A stretch of DNA of 64,000 nt, taken from an uncultured bacterium. Lineage in GTDB: Bacteria > Fidelibacterota > Marinisomatia > Marinisomatales > TCS55. The notes beneath the pieces are model-generated. The model made no database searches, was not told where the DNA came from, and was given only the letters and a program-made list of their open reading frames with translations. The stretch is from the NCBI GenBank assembly GCA_964428745.1, contig CAYRYZ010000001.1:13396-77395 (forward strand), given 5' to 3'. Position numbers and translations under genes: made by a program. Every line of letters begins with the position of its first letter. The first letter of the stretch is position 1. Of the stretch, positions 22,326 through 32,180 are shown in pieces.

Positions 22326-23287
22326 CCTATTGCTTCTGCGATATATTCCTTACCAGTCATTTCATCATAATTTTCACCAAAAGCTTCTTTTAAAGCAATT
22401 ATAGCTACTTCAACCATACCATCATCTGGCTTTTGAGTTGTAATATTTTGGAGCCATAAACCTGGTGTTCTTAATAATCTAAAAAGAAAATTGTTTTCTT
22501 TTCTTGCTGTTATCTTTATTACCTCATAGGATATACCCGCTACAAATGGAATCATAGGCAAATGAACCATTAATCTGATTGGTAAACTTATATCTCCTAT
22601 TATATATATAAGGAATGTATCAATTAAGGAAAAAACTATAATTGCTGATAAAAGCACAATAAACATAAAACTAGTGCCACATCTAGGGTGTTGTGTTGGA
22701 TAATTTTGAGCATTTTTTACTTTTAATTTTTCCCCAGATTCAAAATTATATACCACGCGATGCTCTGCTCCATGGTATTGAAATAATCTAGAAACATCTT
22801 TCATTAATGATATTAGAAAAATATAAATAACAAAAAATGTAATTCTAAATGCACCAGAAATTAAATTGAATGCTAAAGCTTCTTTATCAAAATCCAATAT
22901 TTTTGTTGTGATCCACATTGGAGCAATCATAAACAATGATATTGCGAGCAATATGGCAAATAAAGAAGATAAGAACTCCATAAACTTATTTGGTTTTTTA
23001 TTGTTTTCTTCAGGTAGCGCTATATCTGCTGACCATTGAAGTGTTGCCATACCCATTTTCATAGCTTCATAAAGACCTGCCATACCTCTAAAAATTGGTT
23101 TGACCCAAAAATTTGATTTTTCTGTAATTGAAACAAAATTATGTCTATCAAAATGGACTTTACCTTCAGGGTCTCTAACAGCAGTTGCGTAGGCTCCAGG
23201 AACGCGCATCATGACTCCTTCGATAACTGCTTGACCCCCCACAAGAATTGTGGGTTTCATTAACAACAATAAAATGTTTTTTATCAT
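22322..23287 (-). CDS. DUF1385 family membrane protein
   Basis: N-terminal GGQAVIEGVMMR and YHGAEH motifs. The conserved position between rpmE and prfA is typical for this family. Confidence 0.75.
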   Translation of the reverse strand: MIKNILLLLMKPTILVGGQAVIEGVMMRVPGAYATAVRDPEGKVHFDRHNFVSITEKSNFWVKPIFRGMAGLYEAMKMGMATLQWSADIALPEENNKKPNKFMEFLSSLFAILLAISLFMIAPMWITTKILDFDKEALAFNLISGAFRITFFVIYIFLISLMKDVSRLFQYHGAEHRVVYNFESGEKLKVKNAQNYPTQHPRCGTSFMFIVLLSAIIVFSLIDTFLIYIIGDISLPIRLMVHLPMIPFVAGISYEVIKITARKENNFLFRLLRTPGLWLQNITTQKPDDGMVEVAIIALKEAFGENYDEMTGKEYIAEAIG

Positions 23288-23319
23288 AAATATTTATTTA
23301 GGAAATAGATATTGTTAGT

Positions 23320-23529
23320 TCACTTTTTTTCAGTTTTAGCATATTTCTTTTTAAACTGTTCTATTCGTCCTGCAGTATCTACTAATTTCTGTTTTCCTGT
23401 ATAAAAAGGGTGACACTCTGAACAAATTTCTATTCTTTGATCACCCATTGTTCCTTGCACTTGAAATGTATGACCACAAGAACATGTTATATTCCCCAAC
23501 TTATACTCAGGATGTATATTTTCTTTCAC
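23320..23529 (-). CDS. rpmE: 50S ribosomal protein L31 (zinc-binding type A)
   Basis: MKENIHPEY start. Cys pairs CSCGH and [12 protein letters not shown]. Confidence 0.95.
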   Translation of the reverse strand: MKENIHPEYKLGNITCSCGHTFQVQGTMGDQRIEICSECHPFYTGKQKLVDTAGRIEQFKKKYAKTEKK

Positions 23530-23551
23530 TTTTTACTCCTTACTTCAATAA

Positions 23552-24751
23552 TTAATTTAATTGTTCTAATATATTTTTTACCCTATCTATTCCGTCACTA
23601 ATTAATTTTTTACTCACAGGATACGAAAATCTAATATGACCAGAAGCTCCGAACCCATCTCCTGGCACTGTTACGACTTTTGCTATATCCAAAAATAAAT
23701 TTGATAAATCAAATGAGTTTTCAATTTTTTTACCCTTAAACGATTTCCCTAAATAATAATCAAAATTAGGAAATGCATAAAACGCCCCTCCTGGCAAATC
23801 ACAATTCACTTCATTTATATCATTTAACAGAAATACTATTAAGTCTCGTCTCTCTTTAAATTTTTTTATCATAAGGGATACCGTAGATTGATCACCAAGT
23901 AAAGCTTCTACTCCCGCAGCCTGGCTAATTGAATTTGCACATGATGTAGTCTGACTTTGTATTTTAGTCATCCCATCAATAATAGTTTTATCTCCAAAGG
24001 AATATCCTATGCGCCACCCAGTCATTGAATATGTTTTAGATAGACTCATACATGTTAAAACATTTGCACCGATGTTATGATTTTGATTTAATTTTTCTAT
24101 ACTTATGAAGTTTTTATCAAACACAAGTCTTTCATAGCACTCATCTGAAATAACAACTAATTTATTTCTTTTTGCCAATTTGAGTATTTTAACTAATATT
24201 TTTTCTGACCATATGGCGCCCGTAGGATTTGAAGGGGAATTAACAATGATACCTTTAATATTGCCGGATAATTTTGTTTTAATTTCATTTTCATCAGGTT
24301 CAAAGTTTTTATTTCGGTTTGTATTCACAAAAACAGGTGTAGCATTAGCAAGCGTTACAAATTCAGGAAAAGATACCCAATAAGGTTTAAAAATTATAAC
24401 TTCATCACCTTTTTGAAAAAGTGCTTGGCAGGCTAGAGACAGGCTTTGTTTTTCCCCATTAGAAATAAGTACTCTATCAGGAGATATTATAAGATTATTT
24501 TCTCGTTTAACTTTCGTACAGACTGCTTCACGTAATTCTAATGTACCAGCCCCAGCCGTATACTTAGTTTCTCCCCTATCCATTGCTTGTTTTGCTACTT
24601 TAAGAATATTATCAGGAGTATTAAAGTCAGGTTGACCAGCACTAAAATTTATTACGTCGATACCTTGAGCTTTTAGCTCCGCTGCGCGTGTAACCATATC
24701 CAATGTAAAAGATGGTTTTATTTGTTGAACTCGATTGGCTAATAAGGTCAT
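23552..24751 (-). CDS. Pyridoxal-phosphate-dependent aminotransferase, class I (aspartate aminotransferase-like)
   Basis: PLP-lysine motif SLSKTYSMTGWRIGY, NPSNPTG and GQPDFNTP motifs. Confidence 0.85.
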   Translation of the reverse strand: MTLLANRVQQIKPSFTLDMVTRAAELKAQGIDVINFSAGQPDFNTPDNILKVAKQAMDRGETKYTAGAGTLELREAVCTKVKRENNLIISPDRVLISNGEKQSLSLACQALFQKGDEVIIFKPYWVSFPEFVTLANATPVFVNTNRNKNFEPDENEIKTKLSGNIKGIIVNSPSNPTGAIWSEKILVKILKLAKRNKLVVISDECYERLVFDKNFISIEKLNQNHNIGANVLTCMSLSKTYSMTGWRIGYSFGDKTIIDGMTKIQSQTTSCANSISQAAGVEALLGDQSTVSLMIKKFKERRDLIVFLLNDINEVNCDLPGGAFYAFPNFDYYLGKSFKGKKIENSFDLSNLFLDIAKVVTVPGDGFGASGHIRFSYPVSKKLISDGIDRVKNILEQLN

Positions 24752-24757
24752 GATTAA

Positions 24758-25780
24758 TTAAAATCTATGTTGTTTTTTATGATATTCTTCTGAGTTATAG
24801 TTCACTTCACCCGAAGAAGTTTTCGTGTTGGGCTTTTTACGATGATATCGCTTTTTTTGTTTTACTCCTTTATTAGCATGCGGCCTAAAATTAGTATCAA
24901 TAATATCATCATCTTCAAGATCAAATTCTTCATTAAGAATTTTCTTTGATCGCTTTGGCTTATATTTTTTTCTTTTTCTTGAATTATTTGAACTTGGGAT
25001 TTTTGTTACATCAATTTCTTGAGGATCATTTTGAACTAATAATTTTTCATCAAAATTATTATTCGAAGAGTCTAATTCAACTTGTTTTAAATCTTTTCCA
25101 TCAACATTAAATATTCCAAATAAGGTACCATATCCCCGAGTAATACCATTTCCAATACCTATATAATTTGGAAGAATAAAATTGGTTTCAAATTCTCCAT
25201 CGAATGATCCCCAATGATTTTCATCTATTGATTTCGGTAATAATGTTGATAACCTTATTTTAGTAAAAATATTTTCTTCCAACTCAATACCCATCTCTCT
25301 ACTTAAGAATACAATATTTTGACCAAGTAACTTATTTAAGTAATTAACTCTATCTTTATTTTTGATATTACGATACTTTTTTCCTGTACTTTGATTTAGT
25401 GCAACCCATGGTGTAATAAAACGATACCTGACAAGTTTTTCTGTTGGTTGAAATCTATCATTGTACTCTTCGATTTCACAATCTGATATTTGAAAAGTTA
25501 TATTCCCAAAATCTAATGAATCTATATTGCTTAATATCTCCTTTATTGGGTCAACTCCTTCACCAATACCCACAAAATATATTTGTTCGTTTAAAATTTT
25601 TACTTGTACTCGAGGATAAAGGAATTTTTCTCTATATGAACCATCCAACATAGGCACTATTTCCTGATTAGCAAATTGTTTCATGAGAATCCCCTTTACT
25701 TGATAGGGGGTTTTCCGAACAGGCTTATCAGTAATTAAGCGTGCATTAATCGTTGCTATTTCCTGATATTTAGGATTCAT
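24758..25780 (-). CDS. Cas6/RAMP-like (pfam10040-like) protein with a long Lys/Arg-rich C-terminal tail; orphan, with no CRISPR context
   Basis: The N-terminal KTPYQVKGILMKQF resembles the Cas6 beta1-alpha1 region. Also present: RYRFITPWVAL (x-F-x-TP strand) and the glycine-rich loop YIGIGNGITRGYGTLFG (G-x-G-x5-G-x-G). The last ~110 aa are polybasic and low-complexity (KRKKYKPKRSKK, KQKKRYHRKKP). Confidence 0.4.
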   Translation of the reverse strand: MNPKYQEIATINARLITDKPVRKTPYQVKGILMKQFANQEIVPMLDGSYREKFLYPRVQVKILNEQIYFVGIGEGVDPIKEILSNIDSLDFGNITFQISDCEIEEYNDRFQPTEKLVRYRFITPWVALNQSTGKKYRNIKNKDRVNYLNKLLGQNIVFLSREMGIELEENIFTKIRLSTLLPKSIDENHWGSFDGEFETNFILPNYIGIGNGITRGYGTLFGIFNVDGKDLKQVELDSSNNNFDEKLLVQNDPQEIDVTKIPSSNNSRKRKKYKPKRSKKILNEEFDLEDDDIIDTNFRPHANKGVKQKKRYHRKKPNTKTSSGEVNYNSEEYHKKQHRF

Positions 25781-25828
25781 TTTATATATAACATCAAAAA
25801 CATTTATACAGTAAAAAATAGTAAATTA

Positions 25829-27076
25829 TTATTGGCTCATTGTCTCCATGAATTCATCATTTGTGTTAGTACGACGCATTCTATCCTGAATAAATTCCAT
25901 AGCCTCAATAACCTTCATATCATTCAAGAGTTTTCTTAGAATCCACATCCGTGCTAATACTTTTTTGTCTAATAGCAGCTCCTCTTTTCGAGTGCCTGAC
26001 TTTATTAAATCAAATGAAGGATAAATTCTTCGATCGCTTAGCCTACGATCCATCACAAGTTCCATATTACCTGTCCCTTTAAACTCCTCAAAAATGACTT
26101 CATCCATTCTACTACCCGTGTCAATAAGTGCTGTTGCAATTATTGTTAGACTTCCGCTTTCCTCGGTATTTCGTGCTGCTCCAAAAAATTGCTTTGGTTT
26201 TCTCATTGCATTTGCATCAACACCACCTGACAAAATTTTTCCACTATGTGGTATAACCGCATTATGAGCGCGACCCAATCTTGTTATACTATCTAAAAGG
26301 ATAACAACATCTTCTCCAAATTCTACCATACGCCTAGCTTTTTGAAGAACCATTTCAGCAACCGCAACATGACGTTCAGGTGGTTCATCAAAAGTTGAAC
26401 TAACTACTTCTGCTTCCACATTGCGTTTCATATCAGTTACTTCTTCCGGGCGTTCATCAATTAATAGTATAATTAACTTAACATCTGAATGATTTTTTGT
26501 TATCGCATTAGCTATTTTCTGCATTAATACTGTTTTTCCAGTTTTAGGCTGAGCCACAAGTAACCCTCTCTGGCCTTTACCAATCGGGGAAATTAAATCC
26601 ATTACTCTAGTAGAAAGATCTTTTGGATTTACTTCTAGATTAAATTTTTCATCAGGATAAAGTGGTGTGAGATTATCAAAAAGAATAGCACGTTTTAAGT
26701 TTTCTGGATCTTTTCCATTAACTTCTTCTAATTTTAGCAAAGCATAAAATTTTTCTTTTGATTTTGGTGGTCTTATTTGGCCACTAACCTCATGACCCGT
26801 TCTTAATCCAAATCTTTTTATTTGTGATGGACTAACATAAATATCATCTGGGCCGGGTAAATAATTAAAATCAGGGCTTCTTAAAAATCCATAGCCTTCA
26901 TTTAGTACTTCTAAAACACCTGTTGCTGTAACTCTTCCTTCTTTTTCAGTTTGAGCTTCAAGAATTTTTACAATTAATTCCTGCTTATTTAAGCCTGAAT
27001 AACTTTCAATATCAAGTTTTGAAGCAAGATCTGCTAACTCTTTTATCTTCAGCTGTTGTAATTCATTTACATTCAT
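25829..27076 (-). CDS. rho: Transcription termination factor Rho
   Basis: N-terminal [19 protein letters not shown]-binding GFGFLR-like GYGFLRS, Walker A AQPKTGKT, and [18 protein letters not shown]. Confidence 0.97.
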   Translation of the reverse strand: MNVNELQQLKIKELADLASKLDIESYSGLNKQELIVKILEAQTEKEGRVTATGVLEVLNEGYGFLRSPDFNYLPGPDDIYVSPSQIKRFGLRTGHEVSGQIRPPKSKEKFYALLKLEEVNGKDPENLKRAILFDNLTPLYPDEKFNLEVNPKDLSTRVMDLISPIGKGQRGLLVAQPKTGKTVLMQKIANAITKNHSDVKLIILLIDERPEEVTDMKRNVEAEVVSSTFDEPPERHVAVAEMVLQKARRMVEFGEDVVILLDSITRLGRAHNAVIPHSGKILSGGVDANAMRKPKQFFGAARNTEESGSLTIIATALIDTGSRMDEVIFEEFKGTGNMELVMDRRLSDRRIYPSFDLIKSGTRKEELLLDKKVLARMWILRKLLNDMKVIEAMEFIQDRMRRTNTNDEFMETMSQ

Positions 27077-27193
27077 AGTAATAATAACCTTTAAAATATA
27101 TTTACGACGTTATGTTTAATTTTTCGGGAATGTGTCCCCTATCGGGGTATAAAAAAACTTAAAGCAGTGATATAAGTCAGATATTACACAACT

Positions 27194-28465
27194 TTAATAA
27201 AAAAACCCAAATTTATCGAAAATTGGTTTAGCTATATAATGACTACCAAAAATTATGGCAGGTTTATTGATTTTTTTCGCTAACATAACAATATCATCTA
27301 ATGCTTTATTAAAATTATTATCTAAATGGAATTCATTAAAATTATTATCATATAGAACACTGCTTAACTCACTTCCATTCAATAAACCAAATTCTTCACC
27401 TCCACTTACCACTAATTTGTAAAATTTATTTGTTAAAACATCTGTAAGTAAATTCACCTCTTTATCTCCTTTCATCACAAATAAACCCAAAGGTTTTTTG
27501 GTAAATAATGATTTCATATTTTCAAGCATCAAGCTGATACCTTCTATATTATGACAGACATCATAATAAACAGGTAAAGATTCAGTCATTCTTTGAAGTC
27601 TACCAGGCCATAGTGTCTTACTGAGTCCTTTTTGAATAATGTTATCCTTTATTTTATTGTTTATTATTTTAGTTACATTAATGGCCATCACTGCATTCAT
27701 TGCTTGGTATTTACCAAGAAGTGGAGTTTTATATAAAATACCTTTATACAAAAAAGAGGTCTTATTTTCAATAATTGAAACTTTTTCTGGAGGTTCTATC
27801 TCAATTGGAAAAGAATCAGATTTCGCCGCGATTTTAAGTAAAATGGATTGTACTGATTTTTTCTGAGGATAAATTACAACTGGCACTTTTGTTTTTATTA
27901 TACCTGCTTTTTCTTTAGCAATAGTAATGATATCATTTCCCAAAAGGTCTCTGTGATCCAAAGATATAGAAGTGATAGCAGTAACAATTGGATTTATTAC
28001 ATTTGTAGCATCCAATCGTCCTCCAAGTCCTGTTTCAATTACTGCTATATCAACATTGCTTAAAGAAAAATGCAGAAATGCCATAGCTGTTGTTGTTTCA
28101 AAAAAAGTTGATTCAATTTCATCAATGTCTTTTCTTTTATTTTCTATAAAAGATGCAATTTGATTGTTTGTTATACAAATATTATTAACACGAATTCTTT
28201 CATTAAAATTAATTAAATGAGGTGATGAATAAAGCCCAACCTTATAGCCTGCACTCATAAGAATTGATGCTAGCATAGAAGATGTTGACCCTTTACCATT
28301 AGTCCCAGCTATGTGAATAGAGTGAAAATTATTTTGGGGATTCTCACAACGCTTTAATAACTCGGTCGTGTGATCTAGACCAACTTTAATCCCAAAACGA
28401 TTAAGGTTAAATAAATATGCTAATAAATTATCTATTTTTGTTGAAGAATTTGCCTTTACAGCCAT
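27194..28465 (-). CDS. folC: Bifunctional folylpolyglutamate synthase/dihydrofolate synthase
   Basis: P-loop IAGTNGKGST, VIETGLGGRLDATN; Mur-ligase-family architecture. Confidence 0.85.
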   Translation of the reverse strand: MAVKANSSTKIDNLLAYLFNLNRFGIKVGLDHTTELLKRCENPQNNFHSIHIAGTNGKGSTSSMLASILMSAGYKVGLYSSPHLINFNERIRVNNICITNNQIASFIENKRKDIDEIESTFFETTTAMAFLHFSLSNVDIAVIETGLGGRLDATNVINPIVTAITSISLDHRDLLGNDIITIAKEKAGIIKTKVPVVIYPQKKSVQSILLKIAAKSDSFPIEIEPPEKVSIIENKTSFLYKGILYKTPLLGKYQAMNAVMAINVTKIINNKIKDNIIQKGLSKTLWPGRLQRMTESLPVYYDVCHNIEGISLMLENMKSLFTKKPLGLFVMKGDKEVNLLTDVLTNKFYKLVVSGGEEFGLLNGSELSSVLYDNNFNEFHLDNNFNKALDDIVMLAKKINKPAIIFGSHYIAKPIFDKFGFFY

Positions 28466-28519
28466 ATGTATTTAAACTAAATAATAAATAAAATATCTAA
28501 TTCATTTTCTGAATAACAA

Positions 28520-30013
28520 TTACTTTTCAGATAAGTATTGCTCTCTTGAATAACGAAATTTAACTACAGCTCTATAAATAGAATTAGCAATTGTTTGTCT
28601 GTACTTAGGATTTCTTAGATTCCTCTCTTCATTTGCATTAGTTAAAAAACCAGCTTCAATTAATACATTTGGCATACTAGCATCAATCAACACATGAAAA
28701 CCCGCTTGTTTCACTCCTCTATTTTTTGACTTAACTTTTTTTGCCATTTCTTCTTGAATCATTGCAGCTAATTCTTCACTTTCTTTCATATGCATACTTT
28801 GTGCCATTGTTGCAATAATTAGATTTTCACCAGATAGATCTCTATACTTATTTTTGCTTCTATCTTCTAGCTTAATCACTTCGTTTTCTCTAAATGCAAC
28901 TTCAATGGCATCTTCAGTTTTACCTGTCCTTAGAAAGTAAGTCTCAAATCCATAGGCAGTTTTATTAGGATTAGAATTTAGGTGAACACTAATAAACATT
29001 TTCCCATTGGACTCATTAGCTATCTTAGTCCGCTTCCAAACATCAAGGAACACATCCTCACGCCTAGTATAAATCACTTTTAGTTTAGTGTTTTTTTCAA
29101 GTAAGCGTCCCACTCTTTTAACTATATCTAAAGCAATATTTTTTTCTCTTGTCCCCTTTCTTCCTGATGTCCCTGGGTCTTTACCCCCATGCCCAGCATC
29201 TAAAACAATCGTATCTAGTTTCCATCTATCCTTTACTTTATTTATACGCGCAACACTATTATCCATTGGGGTTCTAAGAGAAACAACAATTTCATTTTGA
29301 TCCTTACTTTGATATAATTCGTGACTTACAACTTTTGATCTAATTTGAAAAGCTAGTTGAGCCGTCTTATCTAATTGATCTGCAGCTACACTCATCACAA
29401 CTCCACGCACATCACTCCGGCGAAATTCAGTTGTATCAACTAATCCACCTGAAACAGTTATGTAGAACCATCCATTTTCATGGAAAAAAGAACTTATATT
29501 TCCTTCAGGGAAATGTTGTCTTGTCTTAATTCTAAGAATCGTACCATTTGCTTTTTGAGATATATCAACCCCTGCAATCGTAAACTTTTTAATATCTATT
29601 CTTAATGTTAATGATTTCGAATCATATTGAATTCCTGGTAATGTTGTACGTTTTACAATATCAAAAAAATAATCAGCCGATATATAAATATCATTATCTA
29701 CCCAAACTGGATAAACTGGGATTTGATATACTTTTTCATCAACCAAAATAAAACTACTACTACTAGATATTTTTATTCGTTTATCACCTAAGTAGATAAC
29801 CATCTTACCTCTATCTGAGTTGATATAGGGGTCACGATTTGTCAATAATCGAGAAACATCAATAGTCGAAATATAAGTTCCTGTTAAACGATCCAATGTG
29901 CGGATATTATAAGTTACACTATTAGATTTATTTACAACCTTTACTGTGTCGCATAGAGGGAATGAATAAAAAACAGTTAATATTAATAAAAGTTTGATGC
30001 TTTTGTAATTCAT
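28520..30013 (-). CDS. N-acetylmuramoyl-L-alanine amidase (Amidase_3) with an N-terminal AMIN-like domain
   Basis: VLDAGHGGKDPGTSG, SVHLNS and LIEAGFLTN motifs. ATG at 30013 (MNYKSIKLLLIL signal) is preferred over the track start 30049. Confidence 0.85.
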   Translation of the reverse strand: MNYKSIKLLLILTVFYSFPLCDTVKVVNKSNSVTYNIRTLDRLTGTYISTIDVSRLLTNRDPYINSDRGKMVIYLGDKRIKISSSSSFILVDEKVYQIPVYPVWVDNDIYISADYFFDIVKRTTLPGIQYDSKSLTLRIDIKKFTIAGVDISQKANGTILRIKTRQHFPEGNISSFFHENGWFYITVSGGLVDTTEFRRSDVRGVVMSVAADQLDKTAQLAFQIRSKVVSHELYQSKDQNEIVVSLRTPMDNSVARINKVKDRWKLDTIVLDAGHGGKDPGTSGRKGTREKNIALDIVKRVGRLLEKNTKLKVIYTRREDVFLDVWKRTKIANESNGKMFISVHLNSNPNKTAYGFETYFLRTGKTEDAIEVAFRENEVIKLEDRSKNKYRDLSGENLIIATMAQSMHMKESEELAAMIQEEMAKKVKSKNRGVKQAGFHVLIDASMPNVLIEAGFLTNANEERNLRNPKYRQTIANSIYRAVVKFRYSREQYLSEK

Positions 30014-30099
30014 GACTTGGAACTTATCTAGACTAATTACGAGAAACAATTGATAGAAGAATCTGTAAAGAGTTTTATAATATTTATATAATACTAATT

Positions 30100-30140
30100 A
30101 AATAATACAAAAGCGCCCCACAATTAATGCAGGGCGCTTT
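30100..30140 (-). terminator. Rho-independent terminator after the second small membrane-protein gene
   Basis: AAGCGCCC (30111-30118) pairs with GGGCGCTT (30132-30139). On the minus strand it is followed by TTTTGTATTATT. Confidence 0.65.
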
Positions 30141-30162
30141 ACAACATGATTTTTGGCGCTAC

Positions 30163-30378
30163 CTAATTCTTATTGTACCAAAAGACAATAAGCATCAATG
30201 CAAGTAGGCCCGCAAATCCAGCATCACCAAATTTGCTCATTAATTCGCCTATCGCTGCAATGACGCCAAAGTAGTCGTCAAAGAGAATGCCGACCACGAT
30301 GCCAAGTACAACCAGCCCTTTTAACAAGCCAGTTACATCATCGACAAACGCAGTTACGGTTTTAAAGGCCTTATCCAT
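30163..30378 (-). CDS. Small two-helix membrane protein (71 aa), paralog B
   Basis: AGGAGA SD 6 nt upstream. Two hydrophobic helices (LLKGLVVLGIVVGILF and GFAGLLALMLIVFWY). Clearly homologous to the adjacent 69-aa ORF. GC visibly above the flanks. Confidence 0.65.
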   Translation of the reverse strand: MDKAFKTVTAFVDDVTGLLKGLVVLGIVVGILFDDYFGVIAAIGELMSKFGDAGFAGLLALMLIVFWYNKN

Positions 30379-30401
30379 ATTTGTTCTCCTAGGATTTTGT
30401 A

Positions 30402-30428
30402 GAAAAAAAGGGCTCCTAACGGAACCCT
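30402..30428 (-). terminator. Terminator-like hairpin between the two small paralogs
   Basis: Minus strand reads GGGTTCC-GTTA-GGAGCCC (one mismatch) followed by TTTTTTT, which is the complement of the A-run at 30403-30409. Confidence 0.5.
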
Positions 30429-30440
30429 AATATCTACTGG

Positions 30441-30650
30441 TTAACCTGCGAAAGAAACAAAGATTAATAGGGCCAATAGACCAGAGAATCCACCATCTAG
30501 AAAGGATTCAACTAGATCAACAATCCCGCCAATAGGGTCAAACCCTGTTGAATAAAGGATGTTCACAAAAACAAACATCACAATAAGAGCTTTAATTAAG
30601 CCAACTACGGAATTGGCAATCCCCTGTACGGTTGAAGTAAAATCAGCCAT
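30441..30650 (-). CDS. Small two-helix membrane protein (69 aa), paralog A
   Basis: AGGAGG SD. Helices VVGLIKALIVMFVFVNILY and GFSGLLALLIFVSFAG. Aligns with paralog B along its full length (shared TV..., GL[IL]K[AG]L, GF[SA]GLLAL). Confidence 0.65.
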   Translation of the reverse strand: MADFTSTVQGIANSVVGLIKALIVMFVFVNILYSTGFDPIGGIVDLVESFLDGGFSGLLALLIFVSFAG

Positions 30651-30682
30651 TAGGTTCCTCCTTGGTTAGGTTAAAATTGAAC

Positions 30683-30767
30683 AAAAAAAGGGGGCAGGTA
30701 TCCCTGCCCCCTCGAGTTCAATTCTTTCACGTTTCGTGTATGTGGTTATTTGTTCCACTGTATTATA
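30683..30767 (-). promoter_or_regulatory. Candidate promoter plus ~70-nt leader or sRNA ending in an intrinsic-terminator-like hairpin just upstream of the paralog A SD
   Basis: Minus-strand TATAAT (complement of 30762-30767, within GTGTATAAT). Small hairpins GTGG..CCAC and CACG-AAA-CGTG. Then GGGGGCAGG-GATA-CCTGCCCCC (30690-30711), followed by T7 (complement of 30683-30689), 32 nt before the ATG at 30650. Confidence 0.45.
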
Positions 30768-30884
30768 CACCCAGAATTTAAACAAAAAATGGAATTAATC
30801 AATAAAAATAGAATTTTTTATATTTCATATCGCCAATACAACAAATAAGTACCTAACATCTTACACAATATCTAATTAAATAAT

Positions 30885-32165
30885 TTGAAAATAAATAATA
30901 TAACAAGTCGAACAGTTTTGGATTCAAGAGCATATCCTACTGTAGAAGTAGATGTAAAACTTGAGGATGGATCATTAGGCAGAGCAATTGTTCCTTCTGG
31001 TGCTTCCACAGGTAAATTTGAAGCTGTTGAACTTCGCGATAATGACCCTAATTATTATAATGGCAAGGGCGTGAAGTGTGCTATTGAAAATATTAATACA
31101 TTGATCAATAATTTACTTGTTGGCAAAGATTCCTATAATCAAAATGATATTGATCATTCTATGATCAAATTAGATGGCACTTCAAATAAAAGGAACTTAG
31201 GTGCCAATGCAATTCTTGGTGTTTCAATAGCAAATGCAAAAGCTACTGCTCACTCTAAGGGTATTCCCCTTTATGATTCACTTGCACTATCAGGCAAAAG
31301 AACTCTTCCTATTCCAATGATGAACATTCTAAATGGAGGGTGTCATGCTGATAACAACTTGGATATACAAGAATATATGATTTTCCCCGTTGGTGCGAAT
31401 TCTTTTTCCGAAGCCCTACAGATGGGTACAGAAACATTTTATTATTTGAAAGATATCCTTAAAAACAAAAGCCTGAGTACGACCGTTGGAGATGAAGGAG
31501 GTTTCGCTCCAAATCTCCGATCAAATGATGAGGCTATTGAATTAATTTTGGAGGCTGTGGAAAAAACACCCTATAAATTAGAAAAAGATCTATTTATTGC
31601 CTTAGATATAGCAGCAAGTGAATTATACAATGGTAAATACAATTTAATATCAGAAAAAAAACAATTATCAACATCTAAAATGGTTGATTATCTGAAATCA
31701 TTAGTAGACCAATACCCAATTGTTTCTATTGAAGATGGGCTTGACGAAAATGATTGGGACGGATGGCATTTACTTAGAAAAGAAATCGGTAATAAATGTC
31801 AAATTGTTGGTGATGATTTAACTGTTACAAATGTTTCTCGATTGAAGAAAGCCATTGATAATAAGGCCATGAATGCTATTTTAATTAAACTTAATCAGAT
31901 TGGTACTATCACTGAAACGATAGATGCAATTAGCTTGGCTAAAAAAAATAACTTTGGTGTTATAATTTCACATCGCTCTGGGGAGACTGAAGATGTCACT
32001 ATAGCTGATTTTGCTGTTGCTATGAGTATGGGCCAAATAAAAACTGGTTCTGTGTCAAGAACAGATAGAGTGGCAAAATATAATCAACTTCTAAGAATTG
32101 AAGAGAATCTTAAAAATGATGCAAAATACCCAGGGTTAGAGGTTTTAGGTAATAATAGGGCTTAA
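30885..32165 (+). CDS. eno: Enolase (phosphopyruvate hydratase)
   Basis: [47 protein letters not shown] and [10 protein letters not shown] motifs. TTG start. Confidence 0.97.
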   Translation: MKINNITSRTVLDSRAYPTVEVDVKLEDGSLGRAIVPSGASTGKFEAVELRDNDPNYYNGKGVKCAIENINTLINNLLVGKDSYNQNDIDHSMIKLDGTSNKRNLGANAILGVSIANAKATAHSKGIPLYDSLALSGKRTLPIPMMNILNGGCHADNNLDIQEYMIFPVGANSFSEALQMGTETFYYLKDILKNKSLSTTVGDEGGFAPNLRSNDEAIELILEAVEKTPYKLEKDLFIALDIAASELYNGKYNLISEKKQLSTSKMVDYLKSLVDQYPIVSIEDGLDENDWDGWHLLRKEIGNKCQIVGDDLTVTNVSRLKKAIDNKAMNAILIKLNQIGTITETIDAISLAKKNNFGVIISHRSGETEDVTIADFAVAMSMGQIKTGSVSRTDRVAKYNQLLRIEENLKNDAKYPGLEVLGNNRA

Positions 32166-32180
32166 AGCAGATATATAAAA

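Noticed and set aside
27077-27193. Possible attenuator hairpins (GGGA..TCCC and CCCC..GGGG) in the rho leader
   Set aside because: The stems are only 4 bp with no clear T-run. That is too weak to call, although rho autoregulation via its leader is known in other bacteria.
23000-27200. Search for CRISPR repeats or cas genes around the Cas6-like ORF
   Set aside because: The neighbours are rho, an aminotransferase and rpmE, with short intergenic gaps. There are no direct repeat-spacer patterns here or elsewhere in the window, so no CRISPR feature is reported.
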